Below are positions 45,501-56,263 of a DNA stretch of 64,000 nucleotides, piece after piece. Below the pieces are notes generated by a model. It had not been told where the DNA came from and made no database searches. It saw only the letters and a program-made list of their open reading frames with translations. Both the position numbers and the translations under genes were made by a program. Source of the DNA: an archaeon (GTDB taxonomy: Archaea; Iainarchaeota; Iainarchaeia; Iainarchaeales; DTGL01); the NCBI GenBank assembly GCA_029258755.1, contig JAPDKC010000002.1:6574-70573 (forward strand), written 5' to 3'. The first letter of the stretch is position 1. Every line of letters starts with the position of its first letter.

Positions 45501-45587
45501 GGGGCCGTAGTGTAGTCAGGTCTATCACTCCAGCTTGGGGTTGTATCCAATTTGCTGGCAACCCGGGTTCAAATCCCGGCGGCCCCA
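45501..45587 (+). tRNA. tRNA-Pro(GGG) with a 12-nt intron (about 45541-45552)
   Basis: Acceptor GGGGCCG/CGGCCCC, anticodon stem CCAGC/GCTGG enclosing 19 nt TTGGGGTTGTATCCAATTT. Removing 12 nt gives the loop TTGGGGT. Confidence 0.8.
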
Positions 45588-45688
45588 TCCAGATTTTTGT
45601 TAGCGGTTTTTGAATCCAAAGCCCTTAATAACTTGACAGCAACAATCCACAGAAAGATTTAATAAAGAGCACGTTACTATTTTTTTAG

Positions 45689-46783
45689 ATGGGTAAAAAA
45701 TCCTTTGCCTTGGTTTTTTTATTACTGTTGGTTTCAGCAGCTTATGCAACAGACCTTAGTTTTTTCATAGAACCAGATATCTTGAAGTATGGAAAACTAA
45801 ATTACGGCCAGCCTTTAGAACTTACAGCGAAATTTGAGCATGATGTTTCAAATGTAAAAGACCTTTCAGTTGTTTTGAGTATTCCTGAGCTTGCTCTCGA
45901 AAAGCGTTTTACTCGAATTTCTCAAGAAGTTTATTCCTTAAAGTTTGTCTTGCCAAACTCACGGATTTATAAGGAGCTAACTTTTGTCTTTAAAGCTTCC
46001 GGCTGGGAAGAGGGGCAAATGCTGCACGTATCGTATAGCAGGAAAATAGAGTTGACAGATAAAATAAATGTGAAGCTTTTGAGGCCTTCATCCGGAAATG
46101 CTATTATAATAGCTCCGCTTAAAGAAATAGAGATTGAAGCAAGCCATGTTGATGGCTCGCCGCTTAAGGAGGACTCTCTCTATGCAGAGATAATAATTGA
46201 TGGCTCTCCTACAAAGCTTAAGCTCGAAGGCGAGAATGGGATTTACAAAGCAAAACTGCCAAAAGACATTGATGTTTCCGAGCATGAAATTAAGGTTAGG
46301 GTCTTAAGCCCTTTCAAAGGAGAAGATTCTAGCAAGTTAAGGCCAAGCTTCTTCCTCAGCAACATATGGCTTTTTTTGCTTGCAATAGTTTTTGTTTTAG
46401 CTTTATGGGTTGTTGGCACACTTTATAGAGGGGGTGTTTTCAAGAGAGTTTCATGGCAAAGAAAGCTTAAAAAAGAAAGGGTGATTGCAACAATGCCGCG
46501 AAGCAAGCATATTGAAGAGTTTTCTTTGGAAGAGGGCAAAGAACCAGAGGTTGTTACACAAGCAGATATGAAAAATAAAGAATTAGAGGTAGAGGAGATA
46601 AAGGTTAAAGCTCCAGATGCAGGCAAAGAAGAAGAACTTAAGCAAATGTTGAAAGAAGCTGTTGGCACAGCCGAAGAAAAGCCAAAAGAAGAAGCCAAAA
46701 AAGTTGAGCAAAGCGAGCAAGAAAAAGAGCCGCAAGATAAAGGCCTGTTTCCCATAATTCTTCCAAAGAAAAAGAAGGAATAG
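45689..46783 (+). CDS. surface protein with single TM and K/E-rich cytoplasmic tail
   Basis: Signal peptide, beta-rich ectodomain, TM IWLFLLAIVFVLALWVVGTLY. The tail contains EEELKQMLKEA. Confidence 0.55.
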   Translation: MGKKSFALVFLLLLVSAAYATDLSFFIEPDILKYGKLNYGQPLELTAKFEHDVSNVKDLSVVLSIPELALEKRFTRISQEVYSLKFVLPNSRIYKELTFVFKASGWEEGQMLHVSYSRKIELTDKINVKLLRPSSGNAIIIAPLKEIEIEASHVDGSPLKEDSLYAEIIIDGSPTKLKLEGENGIYKAKLPKDIDVSEHEIKVRVLSPFKGEDSSKLRPSFFLSNIWLFLLAIVFVLALWVVGTLYRGGVFKRVSWQRKLKKERVIATMPRSKHIEEFSLEEGKEPEVVTQADMKNKELEVEEIKVKAPDAGKEEELKQMLKEAVGTAEEKPKEEAKKVEQSEQEKEPQDKGLFPIILPKKKKE

Positions 46784-46822
46784 TTTTTCTATTTAAATCT
46801 TTCTTTTAAGGTTTTTAAATAG

Positions 46823-46895
46823 GGGCCCGTAGCTCAGTTGGCAGAGCACCAGGCTCTTAACCTGGGTGTCGCGGGTTCGAATCCCGTCGGGCCCA
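46823..46895 (+). tRNA. tRNA-Lys(CTT)
   Basis: GGGCCCGTAGCTCAGTTGGCAGAGCACCAGGCTCTTAACCTGGGTGTCGCGGGTTCGAATCCCGTCGGGCCCA. Anticodon loop CTCTTAA. Confidence 0.92.
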
Positions 46896-46903
46896 TTCTC
46901 AGT

Positions 46904-47071
46904 GGGGCTGTGGTGTAGCCTGGCCTAGCATTCCAGCTTTGGGAGTCAGAACCGCAAGCGGTTCCGACACCTCCAGCAACCTTAGCGATCATGATAAAGT
47001 ATTCTACACTGCTGTGAGGTTCTTGATAACCGAATGAGCTGGCGACCTGGGTTCAAATCCCAGCAGCCCCA
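46904..47071 (+). tRNA. tRNA-Pro(TGG) with a 93-nt intron (about 46944-47036)
   Basis: Acceptor GGGGCTG/CAGCCCC, anticodon stem CCAGC (46933-46937)/GCTGG (47038-47042), loop TTTGGG|A, T arm CTGGGTTCAAATCCCAG. Exons sum to 75 nt. Confidence 0.8.
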
Positions 47072-47138
47072 TCTTCTAATTTTTGACACTTTTTCGAATG
47101 CAAAACCTATAAAAATAGCTTTGCAGGTATAAACTATT

Positions 47139-48965
47139 ATGCTCTTTATTGAAATCGCTAACGTCATGGATAAGCTTGAAGCAACTAGCTCAAGAATAGA
47201 GATGGTAGAAATCCTTGCAGAGCTTTTCGCTAAGGCAAGCAGTAAAGAGATAGATAAGATAGTTTATCTGATGCAAGGCCAGCTAGGGCCTGCATACAAA
47301 AATATTGAAGTCGGCCTTGGCGAAAACTTCGTTATAGAAGCCATATCCAAAACCACTGGCTATAGCGAGGAACATGTTGAAAAGCTGTTTAAAGAAAAGG
47401 GTGACTTAGGCTTAGTAGCCCAAGAGCTTGTTAAGAACAAGAAACAGTTATCCCTTTTTACAGAGGAATTAACATTGGAAAAGGTGTATAACAACTTTTT
47501 GAAAATAGCTAAAGCAAGTGGTGCAGGTTCCCAAGATTTGAAAATAAAGCTCCTTTGCGAGCTCTTAAACTCAGCAAAGCCATTGGAAGCAAAGTATATT
47601 GTAAGGGTTCCTCTTAATACCTTGCGCTTAGGCGTTGGCGATCCAACCATTATGGATGCTTTAGCAGAAATTAATATGGAGGAGTTCAAAGCGCAAGCTG
47701 AAGATGTTGTGAAAGAACTTAGTAAAAAGTACAGCGGCGATGAGCTGCATAGGCAGGTTAGAGCAAGGTTAAGAGAGCTTATAGAAGATAAATACAATAT
47801 CCACTCCGATCTTGGCTACATAGCAAAGCTTCTCAAAGAGAAGGGCCTTAAGGCGCTTGATGAGATAGGCATAACACTTGGTATCCCAATAAGACCAACA
47901 TTGGCTGAACGCTTAACTACTCCCGAAGAAATCATAAAAAAGCTTGGCAAATGTGCTGTGGAAACAAAGCTCGATGGATTTAGAATGCAGATCCATAAAG
48001 ATAACGATAAGGTGATTATTTTCTCTCGCAGACAAGAGGATATGACTTATATGTTTCCCGATATAGTTGCCGGTGTGCGTGAACAGATAAATGCAAAACA
48101 AGCAATTGTTGAAGGTGAAGCTATCGCTTATGATGAAAACACAGGCCAATTTTTCCCGTTCCAGGTTACTATCCAGAGAAAAAGAAAATATGGAATAAAA
48201 GAATTTGCCGAAAAGTATCCGCTAAAGCTTTTCCTATTCGATGTGATGTATGTTGATGGCGAAAACGTAATGTCAAAGCCTTTTATAGAGAGGAGAAAGC
48301 TTCTTGAAAAGTTGGTAAAACCGGGCAAGGTTGTTACACTTACAGAGATGATAATAACCTCTGACCCTAGGGAATTAGAAGCATTCTTTAATTCTAGCAT
48401 AGAGCGCGGCTTAGAAGGGATTGTTGCAAAGGACTTGCATGAGCGTTACATTGCTGGCGCACGGAAGTTTGCTTGGATAAAACTTAAGCGCTCATATAAG
48501 GGCGAACTAGAAGATACGATAGATGTGGTCATAATCGGCTACTATAAGGGCAAGGGCGCACGTGCTAAATTTGGTTTGGGTACGCTGCTTGCGGCAGCAT
48601 ATAATGCTGATAAAGATGTATTTGAATCTATAGCAAAGATAGGTTCAGGAATGACAGAGGAGCAGCTTGTTGAGTTAGAAAAGATGCTCAGCAAAATAGT
48701 TGTGAAAAAGAAACCTGCCAGAGTGGTTTGTGAGCTTGAACCGGATTACTGGGTTGAGCCAAAATATGTTGCAGAGGTTATAGCTGATGAAATAACAAAG
48801 AGCCCTGTGCATAGCTGTGCAAAAGATGTGCTTGGCGAAGGACTAGCTCTTAGGTTTCCGAGGTTGGTTAAGCTTAGAGCGGACAGGAAACCCGAGCAAG
48901 CAACAACGACGAAGGAAATAGTTGAAATGTTCAAAAGGCAGAAAACAAGGAAGGTTGAAGAATAA
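47139..48965 (+). CDS. lig: ATP-dependent DNA ligase (Lig1/replicative type)
   Basis: Adenylation motif VETKLDGFRMQIH, EGIVAK, WIKLKRSY, 608 aa. TATAAAAAT about 25 nt upstream suggests a leaderless mRNA. Confidence 0.93.
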   Translation: MLFIEIANVMDKLEATSSRIEMVEILAELFAKASSKEIDKIVYLMQGQLGPAYKNIEVGLGENFVIEAISKTTGYSEEHVEKLFKEKGDLGLVAQELVKNKKQLSLFTEELTLEKVYNNFLKIAKASGAGSQDLKIKLLCELLNSAKPLEAKYIVRVPLNTLRLGVGDPTIMDALAEINMEEFKAQAEDVVKELSKKYSGDELHRQVRARLRELIEDKYNIHSDLGYIAKLLKEKGLKALDEIGITLGIPIRPTLAERLTTPEEIIKKLGKCAVETKLDGFRMQIHKDNDKVIIFSRRQEDMTYMFPDIVAGVREQINAKQAIVEGEAIAYDENTGQFFPFQVTIQRKRKYGIKEFAEKYPLKLFLFDVMYVDGENVMSKPFIERRKLLEKLVKPGKVVTLTEMIITSDPRELEAFFNSSIERGLEGIVAKDLHERYIAGARKFAWIKLKRSYKGELEDTIDVVIIGYYKGKGARAKFGLGTLLAAAYNADKDVFESIAKIGSGMTEEQLVELEKMLSKIVVKKKPARVVCELEPDYWVEPKYVAEVIADEITKSPVHSCAKDVLGEGLALRFPRLVKLRADRKPEQATTTKEIVEMFKRQKTRKVEE

Positions 48966-49231
48966 TGCTCGGAAGAAAGCTTAATCTTCTTGAAAGGACG
49001 ATAATTTTTCTAACAAGCTTTGTGATCGTTGTTTATGCAATGTTTCGTCTTCGTATATGGAGCACTGATATGACCAACTTTTTCTTTAGAACAGATCGCT
49101 GGCTCGAGCTTATATTTGTCTTTGCTCTTACAAGCTTTATAACGATGCTTCTTACCTGGCTCCTTCAGCTTGAGTTCTCTGTTGTTGCCCAGACACCACT
49201 GCCAAAGAAGAGGCATAAGAGAACTAATTAA
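48965..49231 (+). CDS. small two-TM membrane protein
   Basis: 88-aa ORF whose ATG overlaps the lig stop (TAATG). Two hydrophobic helices. Confidence 0.4.
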   Translation: MLGRKLNLLERTIIFLTSFVIVVYAMFRLRIWSTDMTNFFFRTDRWLELIFVFALTSFITMLLTWLLQLEFSVVAQTPLPKKRHKRTN

Positions 49232-49257
49232 AAACATTTTTTGCCTCTTAATCAAAA

Positions 49258-50550
49258 ATGCTAGCGAGCAAATTTATGACAAAAAAAGGCATAAATGTTG
49301 GTGATAAAGTTAGGATAAAATCTAAGGGAAACGAGTTTGTCGGCATAGTTTTGCCTTCTGCAGAATTTTTGGAAATAAAGCTTGATAATGGCTACAATGT
49401 TGGCTTTAAAGTGGAAAATATAGAAAGCATAAAAGTGCTTGCTAAAGGCAAGACTCCTGCCAAGCCGGCTAGAGCAAAACTAAAGCAAGATCCTTCTTTA
49501 CCCTTAGTTTCCATAGTACATACAGGAGGCACTATAGCGAGCAGAGTAGATTATTCCACGGGAGGGGTTTCGCCAAGCTTTGAAGCTGAGGATTTGCTTG
49601 CAAGTGTGCCTGAACTTCTTTCCATCGCAAGAGTAAAATGCATGCTTTTTTCAAATATCCTTTCTGAAGATGCAGATTTCAGATTCTATACTGAACTTGC
49701 AAGAGCGCTTAGGAAAGAACTGCTAAGCGATTCTAAAGGGATTGTTGTTACGCATGGCACAGATACAATGCATTATACTGCTAGCGCCTTATCGTTCATC
49801 TTCGAAAATCTTCCAAAGCCGATTTTGCTTGTTGGCTCGCAAAGGAGCAGCGATAGACCAAGCAGCGATGCTGCTATAAATCTTATAAATGCCGCACGCT
49901 TCATAGCGAAGACAGATTTTGCGGGTGTTGGTATATGTATGCATGCAAGCACAAATGATGATTTTTGCTATGTCCTTCCTGGAACAAAGGCAAGAAAGCT
50001 TCATAGCTCGAGAAGGGATGCTTTTAAGGCGGTTAATGCAAAGCCGATTGCAAAGGTAAGCGACGCTGGCATCGAATATTTGAGCGATTATCCAAAATAT
50101 ACTGGAGGGGGTTTAAAAATATATGATAAATTTGAAGAAAAGGTTGGCATTCTGAAAGTAAGGCCGAATATGTTTGCTGAGGAGATATACTTCTTCGAGG
50201 AAAAAAAGTATAAAGGACTTATATTAGAAGGCACGGGCCTTGGCCATATAGGCATAACAAGAGGCAAAAATAAAGAAAACTATAAAGCCATAAAATCACT
50301 TATTGATTCTGGCTGTATAGTATGTATGACAACACAATGCATCTTCGGCGAAACCAATCCAAATGTTTACGTAACTGGGAGAAAGCTTAAAGCTTTAGGT
50401 GTTATTTTCTTAGGGGATATGCTTAGCGAAACTGCTTTTGTAAAGCTTGCATGGCTTTTAGGGAACTTTGGCAGGGAAAAAGCAATAGAGCTGATGCCAA
50501 GAAGCCTTCGCGGCGAGATAAGCCCAACTAGAGGCATAAATTTACTTTAA
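49258..50550 (+). CDS. gatD: glutamyl-tRNA(Gln) amidotransferase subunit D
   Basis: Asparaginase-type motifs HTGGTIAS and THGTDTM preceded by the GatD-specific N-terminal domain. 430 aa. Confidence 0.9.
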   Translation: MLASKFMTKKGINVGDKVRIKSKGNEFVGIVLPSAEFLEIKLDNGYNVGFKVENIESIKVLAKGKTPAKPARAKLKQDPSLPLVSIVHTGGTIASRVDYSTGGVSPSFEAEDLLASVPELLSIARVKCMLFSNILSEDADFRFYTELARALRKELLSDSKGIVVTHGTDTMHYTASALSFIFENLPKPILLVGSQRSSDRPSSDAAINLINAARFIAKTDFAGVGICMHASTNDDFCYVLPGTKARKLHSSRRDAFKAVNAKPIAKVSDAGIEYLSDYPKYTGGGLKIYDKFEEKVGILKVRPNMFAEEIYFFEEKKYKGLILEGTGLGHIGITRGKNKENYKAIKSLIDSGCIVCMTTQCIFGETNPNVYVTGRKLKALGVIFLGDMLSETAFVKLAWLLGNFGREKAIELMPRSLRGEISPTRGINLL

Positions 50551-50616
50551 TTAGTTTTGAACATATGGCCAAAATTAAGAAAAAGATATTTAAAACTTTT
50601 GTTCTTTATTTGGTAG

Positions 50617-52031
<1,415 letters not shown>

Positions 52032-52032
52032 G

Positions 52033-53355
52033 ATGTATGATCTTGTTTTGAAATCATGTAAAATGTTTTATAATGATAAGCTAATTTGCTGTGATGTTGG
52101 CATTGATTCAGGCAAAATAGTTGCTTTAGGAAAAAACTTAAAAGGTGAACAGACAATAAGTTGCAAAGGTAAATTTGTTTTTCCAGGCCTCATAGATGTG
52201 CATGTACATTTTAGGGTTCCAGGGCAGAGCTATAAAGAAGATTGGAAGCATGCAAGCAAAGCAGCTTTAGCTTCGGGCATAACAACAGTTTTTGATATGC
52301 CAAACAATAAACCACCAATCTGCAATAAAGATGTGCTGATGTTTAAACAAAAGCTTGTTTCTAAAGAGGCTAGCGTTGATTACGCTTTATATTTGGCAGT
52401 GTCTCCTAAAGTGGAGGAGTTAGATAAAAAAGCCCTAAATGAAGCGATAGGTCTAAAGCTTTACATGGCTTCTACAACAGAAGCTATATTGGTTGATGAC
52501 ATAAAAAGCATGCGCTTAGCTCTAAAAAAGGCCGCTGAAACGGGAAAGGTTGTTGCTGTGCATGCAGAGGATAACAAAACAATAAATAGGAACGTAGCGC
52601 TAGCGAAAAAAGCCAAAACATATAGCTTAGCAAAACATCATTTAATAAGAAGTAGTAAAGCTGAAGCGATTGCTGTGGAAAAGATAGTTAATTTAGCCAA
52701 AGAAGTAGGAGCGAGCGTGCATATATGCCATCTTTCAAGCGAGGCAGGGGTAGATATTATAAAAGAAGCTAAAAAGGAAGGCGGTAAAATTTCCTGCGGT
52801 GTTACGCCGCATCACCTCTTCCTTACAAACGAAGATGTAAAGAAGCTTGGAAATTTTGCAAAAGTCAATCCTTCAATAAAGACTAAAAAGGATCGCAAAG
52901 CCCTTCGGCTCGCTTTAAATGCTGGTTTGATAGATATAATAGAATCCGACCATGCTCCGCATACTTTTGAAGAAAAAGAACTTAGCTATGAGGAAGCTCC
53001 TTCCGGCATAGCAAATATCGAAGCTTTACTTCCAATGCTTTTGGATGCTTATAACCGCAAACTCCTTTCACTTGAAACAATCCTTAATTGTTGTTGTAAA
53101 AACCCAGCAATGCGTTTCGGCTTAAAGTACAAAGGCAACATTACGATAGGAAACGATGCGGATTTTTGCATAGTGGATCTAAAACGCGAATATAAATTTA
53201 GTGAGGACTGCATATACTCAAAATGTGGCTGGAATATTTTTGAGGGCCGAAAGCTCAAAGGATATGTGGAGAAGACATTGGTTAGAGGAACTCTTTGTTA
53301 TGATTCTGGCGATTTTCCTGAAAAAATAAAAGGGGAAAACCTTCTTTTGAAATAA
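52033..53355 (+). CDS. pyrC: dihydroorotase
   Basis: GLIDVHVHFR, amidohydrolase His/Asp pattern (VHAED, ICHLSS, SDHAPH). Confidence 0.85.
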   Translation: MYDLVLKSCKMFYNDKLICCDVGIDSGKIVALGKNLKGEQTISCKGKFVFPGLIDVHVHFRVPGQSYKEDWKHASKAALASGITTVFDMPNNKPPICNKDVLMFKQKLVSKEASVDYALYLAVSPKVEELDKKALNEAIGLKLYMASTTEAILVDDIKSMRLALKKAAETGKVVAVHAEDNKTINRNVALAKKAKTYSLAKHHLIRSSKAEAIAVEKIVNLAKEVGASVHICHLSSEAGVDIIKEAKKEGGKISCGVTPHHLFLTNEDVKKLGNFAKVNPSIKTKKDRKALRLALNAGLIDIIESDHAPHTFEEKELSYEEAPSGIANIEALLPMLLDAYNRKLLSLETILNCCCKNPAMRFGLKYKGNITIGNDADFCIVDLKREYKFSEDCIYSKCGWNIFEGRKLKGYVEKTLVRGTLCYDSGDFPEKIKGENLLLK

Positions 53356-53408
53356 AATTACAATAGTTTTTTAAACCAAGAAGAGTTATTAATGATAAGG
53401 GGATTTTT

Positions 53409-54929
53409 ATGGATGGTTTTACGATAAGGTTGCAGGCAAAGAAGCTCGCTATTAGAGCAGGTAGACCTATAGCAATACTTCACGAAGATGTAGCAAGACA
53501 ATTAGGCATATTTCCGCTCGATAGGATTGAAATAAAGAATCCTAAAACAAAGAAGAAGATAGTAGCAATAATAGACGTTACCGACTCGATGGTTTCTTCT
53601 AGCGAAGTAGGGCTCTTTGAGGATGTAATAAAAAAGCTCAAAGTACAGGAAGGGAGCTCGTTACAGGTTCGAGCTGTTGAAAGACCTAAAAGTGTAGAAT
53701 ATATAAAAAAGAAGATACTCGGGGAAGCCCTTACCGAAAAAGAGATAAAAACCATAGTTAAGGATTTGGACGAAAATAAGCTTAGCGATGTTGAAGCAGG
53801 CGCCTTTATGAGTGCTGTTTACATAAGAGGCTATAATATGCAAGAAACCGTTGCTATGACCAAAGCGCTCATTGAAAATGGAAAGCGTATAAAATTCGAT
53901 GTAAGTCCCGTGGTAGACAAGCATTCTATAGGTGGAATTAATGGCAGGGCTACAATGGTTATAGTGCCTATAGTTGCTGCCGCAAAGCTTTATATTCCCA
54001 AAACATCATCTCGCTCGATAACTTCTGCTGCCGGCACAGCTGATGCTATGGAAGTGCTTGCAAACGTATGCTTAATGCCAGAAGAAATAAAAGAGATAAC
54101 AGAAAGCATAGGCGGCGTAATATGCTGGGGTGGTGCTTTGAATCTAGCCCCTGTTGATGAAAAGATCATAAAGGTTGAATACCCACTTTCCTTAAATCCC
54201 CAAGGACAGATAATTGCCAGCGTTTTAGCCAAGAAAGCAGCTGTTGGTTCCAAGTATGTTGTAGTTGATATTCCTGTAGGACCTGGCCTAAAAATAGAAA
54301 ACAATGAGCAAGGCGAACAGCTTGCAGAAAAATTTATAGCGGTTGGCCGCAGACTAGGCATGCGAATCGAAGCAGTTCTAACCGATGGGACGCAGCCTTC
54401 TGGACCAGCGTTTGGGCCAGCACTTGAAGCCAGGCATGCCATGCAAATCCTTGAAAGAAAATGTTTTGATTCTTTGGCACAAAAAAGCTGTGAGCTTGCC
54501 GGTGTTCTATTTGAACTTGTTGGCAAGGCAGATCGCGGCAAGGGGTTTGCGCTTGCAAAAAAGCTGCTTAAAACAGGTAAAGCACTGAAAAAGATGAGGC
54601 AAATAATTAAAGCGCAAGGTGCAAAAATCCTAAGCTCAAAAAGGATAGAGCTTGCTCCTTATACTGAACAGGTTTTCGCTAGCGATGAAGGTGAGATCGC
54701 TCGCATAAATGTTAGGCGCTTAATAAATATAGCTAGGATTGCAGGAGCATCCTATGACAAAGGCGCAGGAGTTCTCTTAAATGTTGAGATAGGTGACGAT
54801 GTGGGCAAGGGAGGCCTTCTTTATACAATATTTGCAGAGAATAAAAGAAAGCTTATGCTTGCATCAAGAGAGGCAAAGCGCAATTCAGGCATAGAGCTTG
54901 GGAAGATAATACTAAAGAAAATCTCTTAG
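53409..54929 (+). CDS. deoA: AMP phosphorylase (thymidine-phosphorylase family with archaeal N-terminal extension)
   Basis: 506 aa. N-terminal beta-barrel-like extension, DKHSIGG, PKTSSRSITSAAGTAD. Layout as in Thermococcus AMP phosphorylase. Confidence 0.8.
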   Translation: MDGFTIRLQAKKLAIRAGRPIAILHEDVARQLGIFPLDRIEIKNPKTKKKIVAIIDVTDSMVSSSEVGLFEDVIKKLKVQEGSSLQVRAVERPKSVEYIKKKILGEALTEKEIKTIVKDLDENKLSDVEAGAFMSAVYIRGYNMQETVAMTKALIENGKRIKFDVSPVVDKHSIGGINGRATMVIVPIVAAAKLYIPKTSSRSITSAAGTADAMEVLANVCLMPEEIKEITESIGGVICWGGALNLAPVDEKIIKVEYPLSLNPQGQIIASVLAKKAAVGSKYVVVDIPVGPGLKIENNEQGEQLAEKFIAVGRRLGMRIEAVLTDGTQPSGPAFGPALEARHAMQILERKCFDSLAQKSCELAGVLFELVGKADRGKGFALAKKLLKTGKALKKMRQIIKAQGAKILSSKRIELAPYTEQVFASDEGEIARINVRRLINIARIAGASYDKGAGVLLNVEIGDDVGKGGLLYTIFAENKRKLMLASREAKRNSGIELGKIILKKIS

Positions 54930-54962
54930 GGTTAACTTTAAATAAAAGAAAAAAAATTAAAA

Positions 54963-55433
54963 TTGAAGAGGATGTGGGAAATGAAGGGAAAGCTAACGAT
55001 AATAATGCTAATGCTTGTTTTTCTCTTTGAATTTTCCTATGCGATAAACGGAGTTTTGCGTATAGATGCAGAAGCTGTTATGGAGGGCGAGGATTTATAC
55101 ATTGGTGTGAAATGCAGGCAAGCTGGCAATGTGACCCTCAAAATATTTGATGAAAGAGAGTCCCTTGTCTTTGCAAATTATTCATTTCCCTGCTATACGG
55201 GCAGCTCTGCTGCTTTGCAAAATATAGGGGAGCTAGATCCGGGAGTATATAAAATAAAAGCCACCCTTAATGCATCACCGCCAAATAATTGCAGCCCGTG
55301 CGTGCTCTACAAATACACCTATGTTGGTAAAAAAGTAAGTTTTCCAATACCAGAGTTTAACCCTTTATTTGCCCTGGTAATTCCTTTCATAATCATGGCC
55401 TTAATAAAAATAAAAAATCAGCGTTTTGCATAG
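54963..55433 (+). CDS. small secreted protein with C-terminal TM anchor
   Basis: Signal peptide-like LTIIMLMLVFLFEFSYA, C-terminal TM. The start may be ATG 54972. Confidence 0.45.
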   Translation: MKRMWEMKGKLTIIMLMLVFLFEFSYAINGVLRIDAEAVMEGEDLYIGVKCRQAGNVTLKIFDERESLVFANYSFPCYTGSSAALQNIGELDPGVYKIKATLNASPPNNCSPCVLYKYTYVGKKVSFPIPEFNPLFALVIPFIIMALIKIKNQRFA

Positions 55434-56254
55434 CCCTCTTCATATAGCTTATTGAACATTTCAATAAATTCCTCTACTTCGGTAAGCACAACCTTCTTTT
55501 CAAGGTCAAATTCTTTGAGAATTCTTAGAGAATCCTTTCCGCTAAGTTTAAGGTTTTGTTTCAGAAAACTTTCTGCGCATAGAAGAGCATTACTCATGTT
55601 TTTGTTTTTATACCTAAAAAGTTCCTCAACAAATCTGAAGAAAAGTTTCTCGTTAGCAGCTTTTTTCGTTCCCTCATTTTTAATAAGTTTTACCATCTTC
55701 GATCTGGCTTTTGGTTTTGGGAAAAATGAGCTTGCATCAACTTTGGCAACTACTTGCGGAAACATTTTGTATTGTGTAAGCACAGTTAGAGCACAATACT
55801 GAGGAAAGCCGGGCAAAGCAATAAGCTTTTCGATAAACTCTTCTTGGAATACAAGCACGCCTAAATCAAAACCTTTCTTCAGAAGCTTTAACATTATTTT
55901 TTTGCTTATATGATAAGGCGGTGTGGAAACGACCTTGTTAAATGCTGGGAGTTCGGCTTTTAAAAAGTCCTCACATATAAGCTGCAAATTTTCTTCTTTT
56001 AGTTCGTTTTGCAAGAGCTCGCAGAGTTTTTCATCAAATTCTACTGCTATAACACTGCAATACTTCTGCAGCTCTCTTGTTAGAAAACCTGTGCCGGCAC
56101 CTATCTCCAGAACTGTATCCTGTTTTTTAAGCTCGGCTTCCTCAATCATTTTTTCTATTATTCTCTCATCAATCAAAAAGTGCTGACAAAGTTTTCTTTT
56201 AGGTCTAAATCTGTACTTTCTCATTAATTGATTTAATTCTATAAAGAGGTCCAT
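55418..56254 (-). CDS. ksgA: 16S rRNA dimethyladenosine transferase KsgA/Dim1
   Basis: CQHFL, SAM motif LEIGAGTGFLTREL, VSTPPYHIS. Confidence 0.9.
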   Translation of the reverse strand: MDLFIELNQLMRKYRFRPKRKLCQHFLIDERIIEKMIEEAELKKQDTVLEIGAGTGFLTRELQKYCSVIAVEFDEKLCELLQNELKEENLQLICEDFLKAELPAFNKVVSTPPYHISKKIMLKLLKKGFDLGVLVFQEEFIEKLIALPGFPQYCALTVLTQYKMFPQVVAKVDASSFFPKPKARSKMVKLIKNEGTKKAANEKLFFRFVEELFRYKNKNMSNALLCAESFLKQNLKLSGKDSLRILKEFDLEKKVVLTEVEEFIEMFNKLYEEGYAKR

Positions 56255-56263
56255 CCAAATCCA

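Noticed and set aside
46944-47036. tRNA-Pro(UGG) intron considered as a canonical box C/D sRNA
   Set aside because: It has UGAUAA-type C-like motifs, but no CUGA D/D' boxes at the right spacing and only 5-6 nt complementarities to the tRNA. It is kept as an open finding, not annotated as a C/D RNA.
46982-47167. 61-aa minus-strand ORF
   Set aside because: It overlaps the tRNA-Pro(UGG) intron and 3' exon and the lig promoter. The tRNA structure explains the sequence.
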